Shown here one piece after another: positions 1 through 12,382 of a DNA stretch of 64,000 bases. The notes below the pieces were generated by a model. That model was not told where the DNA came from. It did not search any database and saw nothing but the letters and a program-made list of their open reading frames with translations. Numbering within the stretch: position 1 is the stretch's first letter; each line of letters starts with the position of its first letter. The stretch is from the NCBI GenBank assembly GCA_001600695.1, contig BCKQ01000024.1, positions 55,793 through 119,792 on the forward strand, read 5' to 3'. Position numbers and translations under genes: made by a program. This DNA is from Ascoidea asiatica JCM 7603 (Eukaryota > Fungi > Ascomycota).

Positions 1-201
1 AATTTCATTTTTATTTTCTTTTATTATACCTTACCTGATTCTGATTTAGTTAATTTTATTCTTTAATTCTTTTATAATCAAGTCATTGAATTCTCTAAAT
101 ATATATAATGATATATAAATAAAATGAATATACTTTTTTATTCAACAATTATTCATCAATATTAATTCATTTTATTTCTTTATCCTCAGTTTTTAAGCCT
201 G

Positions 202-406
202 GCAGAAGTTGACTATTACTCTGGTAAATACATACTTAACATATTCTCAGTATGTAATTCAGTCCTTGAAACTTTACTATGGTAAGGGTGTTCCCCGTAG
301 GAGAGGGGTCAAGATATGAGATAAAGGTCCCCCTTCTCATACGGACGGTAACTAAAATAGTTTCCAGTTTAGAAGATTTATTTACCACAGCACAAGTTAC
401 TTTTGT
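202..406. other. Putative structured ncRNA or decayed inverted-repeat element (unidentified)
   Basis: Nested complementarity: 202-214/395-406 and 219-230/379-390 (outer helix), 231-236/249-254, 268-273/359-364, and a long hairpin 290-308/330-352. GC-richer than flanks. No match to the signature motifs I recall for U1-U6, SRP, RNase P/MRP or TPP. Confidence 0.4.
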
Positions 407-1057
407 AAGAAAGTAAGAAAGAAAATAAAGGATAACTGTGAAATGAAATTTTATTGGTTTCTGTCAATGATCAAAAATCATCAATTGGTACTTGTATTTT
501 TTTGAAATCTAAATAAAAACTAGAATTGATTGAGATAAAAGACTATGAGAATCCTCTGATGTGGATTAATGGAAAAAAAAAACTAATTGAAGAAAAAACA
601 AATGAAAAAGATATCAATCATATTTTGGAATAAATTAGAGCAAAAAACAAAAAAATGAAATTAAAAAGTGAAACAAAATTAATCATAGAAAAAGAAGATT
701 TTAGATAGAAATTAATATGAAGGTTTAGATTTTGAAAAAATCAAAGAAAAATAAAAAAAAATAAAAAAATAAAAACTATGATATAAATATAAAAAAAATA
801 ATCAACCATGCCAATTATTTCATTTTAGGATTAGTAAAAGTAAATATTAAGAATTCGAAACCAAAATATATGATTTTTTTTTCAGTTTAACTAAATACTT
901 CTCATCACTGTTTATTCATCGTCTGTTCAATTAGCTTAAAGGATTTAGAAAAAAAGAATAAAGTTGATAAAAAAATAAAAAACAAAATTTTACTTTCAAT
1001 CTTTTTCTTATTTTGTTATTTTTTTATTATTTTGAAACTTATTTTAAAAATTTCAGA

Positions 1058-3493
1058 TCATCCACTTAATTGTATTGATTTTCCTTGATTTTGAGAAGAA
1101 TTATAATAAATAGCATTTTTCATTTGATCATTATTAGCATCATCCATTGTTGCTCGTAAAAATGATTCATTATCTCTATTTCCAACATTATTACAATTTT
1201 TTATTTTATTTACATATTTATCAACTTTTAACCAACCTTCTTTTCTAAGCATTTCTGTTTCTTTAATTTTTTCTAAATTTTGAAAATGAAGTAAACTACA
1301 TTCATTATATAAAATTGGATTTGATTCCAGAAATGTTTTCAACGAATTATAAGCTAATGAACATATTGTACTATTCCAATTATTACCACCATTATTCATT
1401 TCGCCATTATATTGATTATTTGTAAAATCATTTCCATTAAACATATCATCTAAGTTACTTCCATTACTTATCATCATTCCACCATTAGAATTATTATTAT
1501 TATTATTGTTATTATTATTATTATTTTGATCTTGATTTGATAATTCATATAAAGCAGGGAAAATAATTGGAAGTATTATTTCTGCATTTTCAGTAACTAA
1601 ATTTAAAAAATATTCATTATTCCAATAACAAAGAACTTTTTCAGCAATTTGAAAATGAGGAGAAGAAATACATCTAGATAATTGAATAAATAATGGTACT
1701 TGAATTTTCATAAATTCAGAAGGTTCAATAACTTCAAAAATATCTTCAATTTCATTTAAAAACATAATTTCTTTTGGAGAATTAATTTTTGGCCAATACC
1801 TTAATAAACCTATTACAACATCTTCAGTTAATGAAGGATCTTTTTCTAAAAATTGAACAACACAATAAGCTAATTGTGGATGATATAAAGATAAACATTT
1901 AACTTTATGTAAAGGTAATAAAACTCTACATAAAAAAATTTTATGTTCTTCTTTTAAAGGTAAAGCAAAACCATTAATAATTGAACCTAAAATTTCTAAT
2001 AATTCAGATATACCATTGAATCTACCAGTATCATAAGCAAAAATTAAAAATACATTACCAATTGATCTTCTTATAAAAGCTCTAAGATTTAAAAATTTTC
2101 CATAAATTCTATGTAAAGTTGTTTTTAAACAATCTCTTTCTCTTGGATCTTCAGAATCAAATAATTCTAATAATTTTAAAATAAATTGATGATCAATATA
2201 TTGTCTACAATGTTTTGCATATTGATGATCAAAATCAGGACTTTGTAAAAATCTAAAAAATAATTCATAAACTAATTGCATATGAGGCCAAGCAATTTCA
2301 AAAACAGGTTCATCTTCATCAGGATCATAAATATCACCAATTGGATTAACAGGAGGTGGAATTGGTCTAAATAAATTAGTTTTAAACATTATTACAATAT
2401 TTTTACATAATTCATCAGTAAAAGTAAATCTATTATAAGAAATAAATTCAATTAATTGTTGTAAAGTTAATCTTTTTAATTCTTTACCTCTAATATCATC
2501 AGAAGGATCATTAAAATTAAATAATATATTACATTGTTTAATTTTTTTAATAAATAAAGGAATTTGTTCTTTTGAATGAACTTCATCAAAAGAAGGTAAA
2601 GGATCAAAAGTTTGTCTTTTTGAAGTTGGTTCAAATCTTGAAGAAGAATGTCTTTGAGGAGTTTTAATTAAATCTATATCAGTATCTAATAATCTTCTAT
2701 CTCTTTCAAAAGAATGAGAACCACGAGGAATAAAAGAATTTACTTGAGAATCAGTTGATAATAAAGGAGAAGAGTTTAAATTATTTGAATTATTTGAATT
2801 TGTTGGAGTAGTTGGACTTGTGAGTAAGCTATTATTATTATTGTTATTATTATTATTGATATTATTTAAATCCATATTTGATATATCATTATGATTATTA
2901 ATATTCATATCATCAGTTATTATTAATTGAGGAGTAGATAAAGGTTGAGTTGGATTTGAGATTATAGTAGAAGAATTTGAATTTGGATAAGTCATAATTG
3001 TATCAGAAGGGGAAGTTATTGTTGAAGGAGTTGGAGGAGTTTGAGGAGTTTGAGGTTGAGTGATTTTATTTGATTGATTATTTGATTTGGATGAAGAAAG
3101 GGATTTTGATTGTTGTTGTTGAACTTTATTGGTATCATTATTGGTATTGATATTAGATAATTGTTTAATTTGTTTAGTTGATTTATTTGAATTATTTGAA
3201 ATATTTGAATTATTTGAGTTAGTTGAATTAGTTGAAGAAGAAATTGAAGAATTATCTTTATCCTTATCCTTATCTTTATTATCTTTATCTTTCTCTTTAT
3301 CCTTAATTGATTGATCTATTGAATCATGAGAGAAATTTTTAATGTTTTCTTTATTATTATCTTTTATATTTTCTTTATTTTCTTTATTTTCTTTTTCTTT
3401 ATCCTTATCTTTTTTTTTTGAAAAAGTTTTTGAATCTAAAGATTTAGTTCTTTGTAAGACTCTTTGTTTGAAACCTTTCATCATTTTATCCAT
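1058..3493 (-). CDS. RTS1: PP2A B' (B56) regulatory subunit
   Basis: N-terminus MMKGFKQR; B56 motifs [69 protein letters not shown]. Confidence 0.97.
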   Translation of the reverse strand: MDKMMKGFKQRVLQRTKSLDSKTFSKKKDKDKEKENKENKENIKDNNKENIKNFSHDSIDQSIKDKEKDKDNKDKDKDKDNSSISSSTNSTNSNNSNISNNSNKSTKQIKQLSNINTNNDTNKVQQQQSKSLSSSKSNNQSNKITQPQTPQTPPTPSTITSPSDTIMTYPNSNSSTIISNPTQPLSTPQLIITDDMNINNHNDISNMDLNNINNNNNNNNNSLLTSPTTPTNSNNSNNLNSSPLLSTDSQVNSFIPRGSHSFERDRRLLDTDIDLIKTPQRHSSSRFEPTSKRQTFDPLPSFDEVHSKEQIPLFIKKIKQCNILFNFNDPSDDIRGKELKRLTLQQLIEFISYNRFTFTDELCKNIVIMFKTNLFRPIPPPVNPIGDIYDPDEDEPVFEIAWPHMQLVYELFFRFLQSPDFDHQYAKHCRQYIDHQFILKLLELFDSEDPRERDCLKTTLHRIYGKFLNLRAFIRRSIGNVFLIFAYDTGRFNGISELLEILGSIINGFALPLKEEHKIFLCRVLLPLHKVKCLSLYHPQLAYCVVQFLEKDPSLTEDVVIGLLRYWPKINSPKEIMFLNEIEDIFEVIEPSEFMKIQVPLFIQLSRCISSPHFQIAEKVLCYWNNEYFLNLVTENAEIILPIIFPALYELSNQDQNNNNNNNNNNNNSNGGMMISNGSNLDDMFNGNDFTNNQYNGEMNNGGNNWNSTICSLAYNSLKTFLESNPILYNECSLLHFQNLEKIKETEMLRKEGWLKVDKYVNKIKNCNNVGNRDNESFLRATMDDANNDQMKNAIYYNSSQNQGKSIQLSG

Positions 3494-5686
3494 TTTTGAA
3501 TAAAAGAAAAGTAATTAATTAATTGATTAATTAATTAATTAAGTAGCTGATTGATTTATTAATTGATTTAATGATTGATTGATTGTATGATGTTATGAAT
3601 AGAATGATTGAATAAAATAATGATAAAATGAAAAAGTCAAAAGATATGAAAAATAAATGAAGAATATATAAATTGAAGGATAATTGATAATGAGTAAAGT
3701 AAAATAAATAAATATCTAAGTAATGAGTTAATGAGTTAATGAGTTAATGAATTAATGAATATAAATAAATATAATTGAATGTAGATAAATATAATTGAAT
3801 ATTATAAATAAATGAAAAAGAATATAAAAAGAGATAAAGAAGTAAATGAGTAGTAGTACCTTAGTATTTGAGATGAATAATAAATAAATACAGCACAACC
3901 AGAAGTATCGATAGCATAAGCAGTATAGTTCCGGTACTTGCACTTGTCCTGGTAGCACCACCAGGCAGACTACGTGCTCACGACACCTGGCGAACTTCTT
4001 CAGGTCAGCATTCTCCCCACAATGGGACACAGATTGGACAAGCAAAGTAAGCCCTGGCCTAATATGGGGTCTGGCTGCTGGGGTTTGAATGTCCCGGGGT
4101 TTGGCCTCTGTGGCGAAAGACTAGACCAGGGGTCTACTAAAGCCACATTCCATAAAACAAGAACATATTCCGAGAGCAATGCCGTGACTTTTGAGTTCCG
4201 AGGAAATGGATTCAGTTCCGGTCTGCCATCAGTCTGCAATCAGTCTAACTTATTATTGCTATTATGCTATTCCTAGGTAAAAGAATTGCTTTGGAGTGTG
4301 AAAATTGGGTTTTAATTGGCGACAAACTATCCATAATTTATATAAAACAAATAAATTCATTTCCGATGATGGTTAAATGCATTGATGATAAAATAAGTGT
4401 AACTGATTTGGATAATCTTAATATTATACCATTAAAAGATTATTATCTCATTTATGTCCAAAACTTATTCATCAGTGTTTTTTTCTTAAATGCTTGTTTC
4501 TATGAAATTTTTCTATTAATTAAAGCTAAATTATATTATTTTTCAATTTACGAATCTATTTTCATTTTATATGGTATTTCATCAAAATATATTAAAAAAT
4601 ATGACCTTTTAAAACTAAAAAATAATTTAACTTTAATTGATTTAAAAGATCAAAATACTAATGATTCTCCTATAACTGACTCTACAAAAATAACTCTTCT
4701 TCTGATATCAGGTCAATTTGAAAATTTATTAATAATAATAACTCGCTTGTTAATAATTGATAATAAATATTCTTTTTAAGTACACTGCAAATAAAAGTGC
4801 TTATGTTAAAATATATTTTACTGCAATAAAAGAGTAAAAACAAAGGCATTAAGCATTACTTATTTGTTAATATGGAATTATTGATTTCCATTTGTCAAAT
4901 TGACATTTTAATATAAGCAATATTGAATCTTAGTTTATAGTTCATCTTTTGTCAGCTTTTGAATCTGATTCTCCTATTCAAGCTTCATCAAGAACTAAAA
5001 AAGAAACACTTGAAAATCCTATTTTTTATCAATTAAGTTATGATTGTAATTATAAATATGATTTTCTTAAGTATCTTAACTTCAGATTTCAATTACTTTT
5101 ATATTTTTATGAAAGTTGTCATTTTAAATTTTTTTTTTCAATAAACTTTCTTTTTCTTTTCTTTACTTTGTCGTCTTTGCTATCAGTAAAAAATCATCAC
5201 CAATTTCTTCTTCTTTCTCTTTTCATATTGATTGTTATAATCATTAAGTTTTTTAGATTCCTTTTAATCCTCTAATTCACCTGAGTCTTTTGAATCTCTG
5301 GATTATATTAGATTTCTTCAAACTTTTAATTTATTTATGATTCCCATAAACATATCTGATCCTTGTTTGGCATGAGCACGTCACGTTCTCGCGACTTGCA
5401 GTCAGGGCTCTGCCAGCCTGGGCTCTCTAGTACCCAACAGCCCTGAGAATCCCAGAATAGGAGTTATCTATCAACAACCGAAACATATTATCATCTTTGA
5501 ATATTGAATGAATGTAAACAATGGATAAATAATTGTGTCTATGTCTATGTTTTTGATCAATTTGATCTGAAATAGAATACATTCATTAAATTATTATATC
5601 ATTATTATATCATTATTTTTACATTTAATTTCAAAGATATTATAAGTTAATATAAAATAAGAAAAGTTAAACTTTTATTTTAATTC

Positions 5687-7135
5687 ATGTCTACAAACTC
5701 AGATTTCCTAAATAAAGGTATTGCCTTTATAGAAAAAGCAATAGAATTAGATCAAGCTTTAAATTATAATGAAGCTTATACTTCTTATTATTCAGGCTTA
5801 GATTATTTAATGTTAGCAATGAAATATGAAAAAAGTCAACAAAGTAAAAAAATTATTAAACAAAAAGTTACTGAATATTTAACAAGAGTTGAAAAATTAA
5901 AAGCTTATTTAGATAAAGAAAATATTCAATCAAATAATGATTCAGTTAATGGTTCTTCAACTAAAAAAAAAACAAATAAAAATTCTCCAAATGGTTCAAA
6001 TTCAAATTCAAATTCAAATAATAATAATAATAATAATAAAGATAATGACGATGATGATGATGATGAAAATAAAAAATTAAAAAAAAGTTTACAAAGTTCA
6101 ATATTATCTGAAAAGCCAAATGTTAAATGGGATGATGTTGCAGGTCTTGAACCTGCAAAAGAAGCTTTAAAAGAAGCTGTAATATTACCTGTAAAATTTC
6201 CACATTTATTTACTGGTAAAAGAAAACCAACTTCTGGTATTTTACTTTATGGTCCTCCAGGTACTGGTAAATCTTTTTTAGCAAAAGCTGTTGCAACTGA
6301 AGCAAATTCAACTTTTTTTTCTGTTTCTTCATCTGATTTAGTTTCAAAATGGATGGGTGAATCTGAAAAATTAGTTAGAAATTTATTTAAAATGGCAAGA
6401 GAAAATTCTCCTTCAATAATTTTTATTGATGAAGTTGATGCTCTTTGTGGTCCAAGAGGTGAAGGTGAATCTGAAGCAAGTAGAAGAATAAAAACTGAAT
6501 TATTAGTTCAAATGAATGGTGTGGGTAATGATTCAACTGGTGTACTTGTATTAGGCGCAACTAATATACCTTGGCAATTAGATGCTGCAATTAGAAGAAG
6601 ATTCGAAAGAAGAATTTATATAGCTTTACCTGAATTACAAGCAAGAGTTAAAATGTTTCAATTAAATATTGGTAATACTCCTTGTGAATTAAATAAAAAT
6701 GATTATAAATTATTAGGTAAATTAACTGATGGTTATTCAGGTTCTGATATTGCTGTTGCTGTAAGAGATGCTTTAATGGAACCAATTAGAAAAATTCAAA
6801 CTGCAACTCATTTCAAAAAAGTTATATGTCAGGTCAATAATAGTGATGAGGATGATGATGATGGTAATAATAATAACGATAGTGATAATAATAGTAATAA
6901 TAAAAGCAATAAAAGTAATACTACTACTAAAGAAAAATTTACTCCATGTTCTCCTGGTGATAAAAATGCAATAGAAAAAAGTTGGATGGATATTGAAAGT
7001 GATGAATTATTAGAACCTTCTTTAACAATTAAAGATTTTTTAAAGGCAATAAAGAAAACAAGACCAACTGTTAATAAAGATGATTTAATAAAACAAGAAA
7101 ATTTCACAAAAGATTTTGGTCAAGAAGGTAATTAA
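5687..7135 (+). CDS. VPS4: AAA+ ATPase Vps4 (ESCRT-III disassembly)
   Basis: MIT domain, Walker A GPPGTGKS, pore loop SKWMGESE, Walker [16 protein letters not shown], beta-domain TPCSPGD, C-terminal [10 protein letters not shown]. Confidence 0.98.
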   Translation: MSTNSDFLNKGIAFIEKAIELDQALNYNEAYTSYYSGLDYLMLAMKYEKSQQSKKIIKQKVTEYLTRVEKLKAYLDKENIQSNNDSVNGSSTKKKTNKNSPNGSNSNSNSNNNNNNNKDNDDDDDDENKKLKKSLQSSILSEKPNVKWDDVAGLEPAKEALKEAVILPVKFPHLFTGKRKPTSGILLYGPPGTGKSFLAKAVATEANSTFFSVSSSDLVSKWMGESEKLVRNLFKMARENSPSIIFIDEVDALCGPRGEGESEASRRIKTELLVQMNGVGNDSTGVLVLGATNIPWQLDAAIRRRFERRIYIALPELQARVKMFQLNIGNTPCELNKNDYKLLGKLTDGYSGSDIAVAVRDALMEPIRKIQTATHFKKVICQVNNSDEDDDDGNNNNDSDNNSNNKSNKSNTTTKEKFTPCSPGDKNAIEKSWMDIESDELLEPSLTIKDFLKAIKKTRPTVNKDDLIKQENFTKDFGQEGN

Positions 7136-7658
7136 CTCATTCTTTTCAATCTCATTTTAATTTTTCATTAACCTTCTTTTTTCTTTTATTTTAATCATGT
7201 CTCTATATTTATATATTTTTCTATTTTTATATTTTGTTTTTTATAAATTTTTGTATAATTCTCTATTTTTTAGAACATTTTTGATCTTGCATTTTACTAC
7301 GGTATGTTCTTATTAATTATTCTGAACTTAATTTTATAACAAAATAAATAAAACTTTTTTATTAAGAAAATATTAGCAAAGATTAAATTATTATATATTT
7401 ATAAGAATTTACAAAAAAGAACTCTATGAAAAATTGAAAATTATTAAATGACATAGCAATATTAAGAGAACTAGAATTTTAAAACAACACTTAACAAAAC
7501 AAAACAAAAATTTAAAATTGAAAAAAAAAAAGAAAAATAAAAATCATAAAATGAAAATACAAATTAAAGAATAAAAAAAAAATCGAATTATCCTTCTAAA
7601 TTATCACAAATAGATTAATTAAATTAAAAAAAAATATAATATATAACTTTAAACATTT

Positions 7659-10600
7659 TTAAAACAAATCATTTTCATAAGGACATTCAAAACTATCATG
7701 TCCTTCTCTATCACAAAACCCACACCATTTTTTTCTTCCAGCTGATGGATCGGTTGGTGTATTTGGAACATAAACTTCCAACTTCCCATTCACAACTTGA
7801 GGAGTAGATTCATGATCAGATTGAGCATCAGCTTTATTATCCGGAGTCTTAGAATCATTTTTTGCTAATGGTTTTCTCATATATGAATTAGGTGTTGTTA
7901 AATCATCACTATTGATATTATCTGCTGATCCATTTACTCCATTGGAAATTAACGACATACTTGCACGATTGGGACTTCTCATCATAAAACTCTCCGGTGA
8001 AAAGGATGATTGAGAATCAAATCTATCAGAATTTCTATTTTTAGGTGAAGTTAATAAAGGTGGGCTATTATGAAATCTAGGAGAACCTGAATTTCTTCTA
8101 GAAGAATTTCTGACTGGAGAAAAACTTCTAAAAGATTGCCTATGACTTTTACTATTTAAACGGCTTTTTAACATTTCAATTTCAAGAGACTTTTGCTGAT
8201 TTTCTTCAAAACGTAATTGCTCAATTAAATCAAGATCATTTTGAAGATCTTCAAACTCTTCAATGGTAGGTCTATTGGAAATATCATCCTTTAATTGATC
8301 TATTTCAGACCTTAGATTTTCAATTAATCTTTCCATATCATTAATCCTTTTCTTCTCATTATAAGCAGTTTCATCTACAGAATGTTTAGGAGTGACTATT
8401 GGTGGAGCCAAAAGTTCAACTTTAGGATGAATATCATCTACAGGAGAATAAATATCTCTATGTTTGATAGGAGTTGGAGAAGGTGAATTGTTTCTGGTAA
8501 TTGAAATGCTCAATTCTTCTTCTTTTTCTTTTAATTTTGAATTCAAACCTACAATCTCCTCCTTTAGTAAATCGATTTCCAATTCTTTTTCCTCAACAGC
8601 TAATTTTGAGTCTTCAATATCATCTTTTAAAGAGTCTACTTCTTTTAAAGCAATTTTGCTTGCTTCATCTCTCGCAACTTCTATTTGTTTTTTTGAATCT
8701 TCTAAACGAGCAACTGATTCTCCTAATTGCTTCTTTAAAGAGTTGATTTCATTATCATTGGAACCAATTTTTTCTTGTAGTGCTTTATTCTGAATTTTTA
8801 ATTGATTTTTCTCCTCTTCTTGGGTTTTTAGAAGGTTTTTTTCTTGCTGATTATGAAGTTTTAATTGTTCCAATTCAGATTTTAATGAATCAATCTCTTT
8901 ATTTTTCTCGCAAAGTAGGTTTTCAACTTCGACATGCCGATAACGAAGATCATCGAATTCAGTCAACACTTCACGTTGTTTTGATGAAAGGAGATCTTTT
9001 TCAGCTTTTAAGCTTTCAATTCTATCATTCAAACCTTCAATAAATGAAATCTGCTGTTTCATTTCTTCGATTTCAGTATCCTTGTGACGTAAAGCAGCAT
9101 TTTCTGACAATAATTTAGTAATTTCTTTTTCTCTTGTCAATAAAGTATCTTCTAAAGTTTTGATTTTTTTAGAGTTTGCATTGATTTCAGGTAATACTGG
9201 AACAGGAGATTTTGGAGCAGATGATCTTGGAAATGACAGTGATGGAGAATTACCTTTAAATTGAGGATTTGAATTAGCTGGTAATCTTAAATCGGGAGTT
9301 GTAGGTGGTTTTTTTCCTTGAAGTAAACGTTTTTCATCCTGGAGTAAAATAATTTCTTTCTTAAGAGTTTCAATTTCACTATTTTTATTATTCAACATGA
9401 CATTTTCTGTTTTTAAAGTTTCAAGTTCTGTTTTCAAACGATCAATTGATTGAAGTTTTGATCTCAAATGAGTTAAATCTTCATTTTTTGTATTCAAAAT
9501 CACTTGATAATGTTCTATTTGTTTATTTAAAACATCTATTGATTTGGAGTTTGAAATTGATCTGTTATCATCATTGTCCTCAGAAGTGGACTCAATGTTG
9601 TTCTCTTTGGTGTTATTGTGTTCAGATTGTGATTTTTTTTCCTGGAATGCAGCTGGAGGTGCTGTTTTTGAGTTTGATATTGGACCCGAGACGGCAGTCC
9701 TACATGATGGTGATGAATGTGTGATTTTCCCTTGAATAATTTCTTGACTTTTTGGAGTATGGAGATTACTCGCGTCATCCTGTTTCTGTTTTTTAATTTC
9801 AAAATCTTTTAATAAATTTTTAAGATTTTGTATTTCTTTATTTTTTGAAGTTAACATGTCTTGATAGTGTCTATTCATATTAGCTAATTCTTCGTTTTTA
9901 GTTTGAAACTGTCTTTGATCTTTTATTTTTAATTCTTGAAGTTCTAATTCTTTTTTATCTATTGAATCATTTAAATCTTTTTTACTTTGCAAAACGGAAA
10001 TTTTTTCTGACAAATCTTGAATAATTTCATCTTTTTTGATAATTTGATGGGATAATTCAGTTGTTTTGTATTTAATTTCTTCAAGATCTTGTTTCAAATA
10101 ATCGATCATTTTATCTTTTTGAATATTATTTATATTATTATTCATATTATTCATATTATTATTTGAGTTTAAATTGAGATTATTATTAAGATTACTGTTA
10201 TTATTATTGTTATTCATATTATTATTTATCTCATTTGGATCATTATTTGTGTTAGTACTAACTATTGAACCAGCAATGGCCGTCTCAAGTAATGAAGAAG
10301 CCAATGATTCTGAATGATTAATATTTAAATTATGAATTTGATTAATCATTGAATCAAGAGAAGGAGTTGGAGTTAAAGAAGAAGTATCAGATACATTAAA
10401 TGTTTTTATTAAGTCTTCTTTATTTCTGACTATTGATTCTAAATCTGCTATAAGATTTTCTTTATGTTGCAATTCTTTTTTAAGAGACTCATATTTCTCA
10501 TTATTGATTATATCATTATTTTTAGTTGTAGTTGTATTATTATTAGTATTAGTATCAGAATGAACTAAATCTGACATACTAGTTGATTTTGATATTAAAT

Positions 10601-11996
10601 TTTTAGTAGGTATTTGAGTATGTTGTTGTTGTTGTTGTTGCTGAAAGGATAATTGTTTTTTGAGATCAAGAACATTTAATTCAAGTAAAGAAATTTTTTG
10701 ATAAGAAGATTGAATTTCTAATTTTAATCTATTAAATTCTTTTTCATACATTTCAGCATTTTCACTTGCTTGATCTTCTAAAGCAGCAATGGCATCTCTT
10801 AGTTCATTTCTTTGTAATTCAGCTTGTTGTTTAGTTTTTTGTAATTTAATTTCTCTTTGAGCAATTTCAATTTCAGCATTATCTAATTTTGGTTTAATTT
10901 CATTTAATTGATTTGATAAATCATTAATTAAATTAATTTTTGAATCTAAACTTAATTTTAAATCATTTAATTGATTTGATAAGATTAATTTTTCATGTTC
11001 AATATTTAATTTTTCTGAAGTTAATAATCTTAATTGATTTTCAATTTCTGGATTAATAGATTTAGATATTTGATTAGATTGAGGTTGAACTTTTAATGAT
11101 GATAATCTTTTATTAATTATATTTAAAGATTGACGAGGTAAATTAGAAGAAGGATGAGAAGTATGCGAAGGTGTTGAAAGAGATATAGATCTTTTAATAT
11201 CATTAGGATCTTTATTAAAGTCTCTGTTGGAATTTGAGATAGAATCATTATTAAAATCTTTATTAGAATCTTTATTAGGAGTTATATTAGAAGTTGATCT
11301 TGAATTTAATCTTGAATTTGATCTTGAGTTCGACCTTGAGTTGGATCTTGAGTTGGATCTTGAATCTGATCTTGAAGAAATTTTGGATTTTTGATAATCA
11401 CTGAATCGTTGATTTGGATTAATTGAAGAAGGTAAATTTGAATTTAAATTGGAATTTGAATTTGAAGATAAAAAAGTAGCAGAATTATGAGATTTTTTTA
11501 GAAAATTATTATTTGAAGTATCAGATTGTAATAAATTTTTTGATTTAGTTGAAGGAGCTAAACTTGATTGAGCTCTAAGAAGTTTGTGCCGATTAAAAGA
11601 ATCAATATTATTCAAATTTTTATTTAAAGATTGATTATTAATTGATAAAAGTTTTTCATATGATATAAATAAACCAGTATTTGGTCTTGAAACATTAAAA
11701 TATTTAATATTTTGAAAATCACCATTATTTTTACCAAGGGCATTGATTAATTCAACACCTGCAAAAATTCCAGGTTTATTTGTAACTTGACCAATAAATC
11801 TAAGATAACCAAGTTTATTATTTGGTAAAGTTACTTTAGAACCAATTTCTAAAGATTGATTAATAACCTCATGGTTATTATTACTATTATTGTTGTTATT
11901 ATTATTATCAATATTATTGTTGTTTTTTATATTTTTATTTGAATTGGAAGTTGTATTATTTGATCTTAAATAAGAATTACGAGAACTTAAATGCAT
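7659..11996 (-). CDS. BIK1: CLIP-170/Bik1/Tip1-like microtubule plus-end tracking protein
   Basis: One N-terminal CAP-Gly (FAGVEL..ALGKNNG), Ser-rich region, long coiled coil, C-terminal CCHC knuckle WCGFCDREGHDSFEC and acidic-aromatic tail ENDLF. The knuckle favours CLIP-170 over p150Glued/Nip100. Confidence 0.85.
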   Translation of the reverse strand: MHLSSRNSYLRSNNTTSNSNKNIKNNNNIDNNNNNNNSNNNHEVINQSLEIGSKVTLPNNKLGYLRFIGQVTNKPGIFAGVELINALGKNNGDFQNIKYFNVSRPNTGLFISYEKLLSINNQSLNKNLNNIDSFNRHKLLRAQSSLAPSTKSKNLLQSDTSNNNFLKKSHNSATFLSSNSNSNLNSNLPSSINPNQRFSDYQKSKISSRSDSRSNSRSNSRSNSRSNSRLNSRSTSNITPNKDSNKDFNNDSISNSNRDFNKDPNDIKRSISLSTPSHTSHPSSNLPRQSLNIINKRLSSLKVQPQSNQISKSINPEIENQLRLLTSEKLNIEHEKLILSNQLNDLKLSLDSKINLINDLSNQLNEIKPKLDNAEIEIAQREIKLQKTKQQAELQRNELRDAIAALEDQASENAEMYEKEFNRLKLEIQSSYQKISLLELNVLDLKKQLSFQQQQQQQHTQIPTKNLISKSTSMSDLVHSDTNTNNNTTTTKNNDIINNEKYESLKKELQHKENLIADLESIVRNKEDLIKTFNVSDTSSLTPTPSLDSMINQIHNLNINHSESLASSLLETAIAGSIVSTNTNNDPNEINNNMNNNNNNSNLNNNLNLNSNNNMNNMNNNINNIQKDKMIDYLKQDLEEIKYKTTELSHQIIKKDEIIQDLSEKISVLQSKKDLNDSIDKKELELQELKIKDQRQFQTKNEELANMNRHYQDMLTSKNKEIQNLKNLLKDFEIKKQKQDDASNLHTPKSQEIIQGKITHSSPSCRTAVSGPISNSKTAPPAAFQEKKSQSEHNNTKENNIESTSEDNDDNRSISNSKSIDVLNKQIEHYQVILNTKNEDLTHLRSKLQSIDRLKTELETLKTENVMLNNKNSEIETLKKEIILLQDEKRLLQGKKPPTTPDLRLPANSNPQFKGNSPSLSFPRSSAPKSPVPVLPEINANSKKIKTLEDTLLTREKEITKLLSENAALRHKDTEIEEMKQQISFIEGLNDRIESLKAEKDLLSSKQREVLTEFDDLRYRHVEVENLLCEKNKEIDSLKSELEQLKLHNQQEKNLLKTQEEEKNQLKIQNKALQEKIGSNDNEINSLKKQLGESVARLEDSKKQIEVARDEASKIALKEVDSLKDDIEDSKLAVEEKELEIDLLKEEIVGLNSKLKEKEEELSISITRNNSPSPTPIKHRDIYSPVDDIHPKVELLAPPIVTPKHSVDETAYNEKKRINDMERLIENLRSEIDQLKDDISNRPTIEEFEDLQNDLDLIEQLRFEENQQKSLEIEMLKSRLNSKSHRQSFRSFSPVRNSSRRNSGSPRFHNSPPLLTSPKNRNSDRFDSQSSFSPESFMMRSPNRASMSLISNGVNGSADNINSDDLTTPNSYMRKPLAKNDSKTPDNKADAQSDHESTPQVVNGKLEVYVPNTPTDPSAGRKKWCGFCDREGHDSFECPYENDLF

Positions 11997-12382
11997 TTTA
12001 TAAATAATGATTATTGATATATAATAATTGTTTTAAAGAATATAATTTATGATTAAATGTTAAGAATTGAATAAGATAATAACTTTATGATTATTTATTC
12101 TGGAATATTATTGATTAATTATTAAAAAAGGAGAATTGCAAATAAGACTTGAATTATTGATATATAAATGATAAATAAAGTAAATTACTTGTAGTCCCAC
12201 TGAATAAAAAGTATTTAATACCAACTTTACCAGTACAGTCCAGTGGTCTTTATTGAATATTTCAAGATGGGAACGTTATTGAAGGAAGTGGCGGTGGTGA
12301 TGGAGAAGCTGCTGCTGGAGCTGCTTTTACTGCACAGTGCTTCTGTTCTGGTGCTGACAGAAATGGATTCTTCGCATTTTTG

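Noticed and set aside
25-37. ATACCTTACCTG resembling the U1 snRNA 5' end
   Set aside because: It has an extra C and no U1 stem-loops follow. It is equally a - strand CAG|GTAAGG donor-like site, which cannot be assessed at the window edge.
281-364. TPP riboswitch or HDV/hammerhead ribozyme reading of the structured element
   Set aside because: No CUGAGA after the long hairpin, no P4/P5 motif, no valid HDV P1/P3 pairing and no CUGANGA core.
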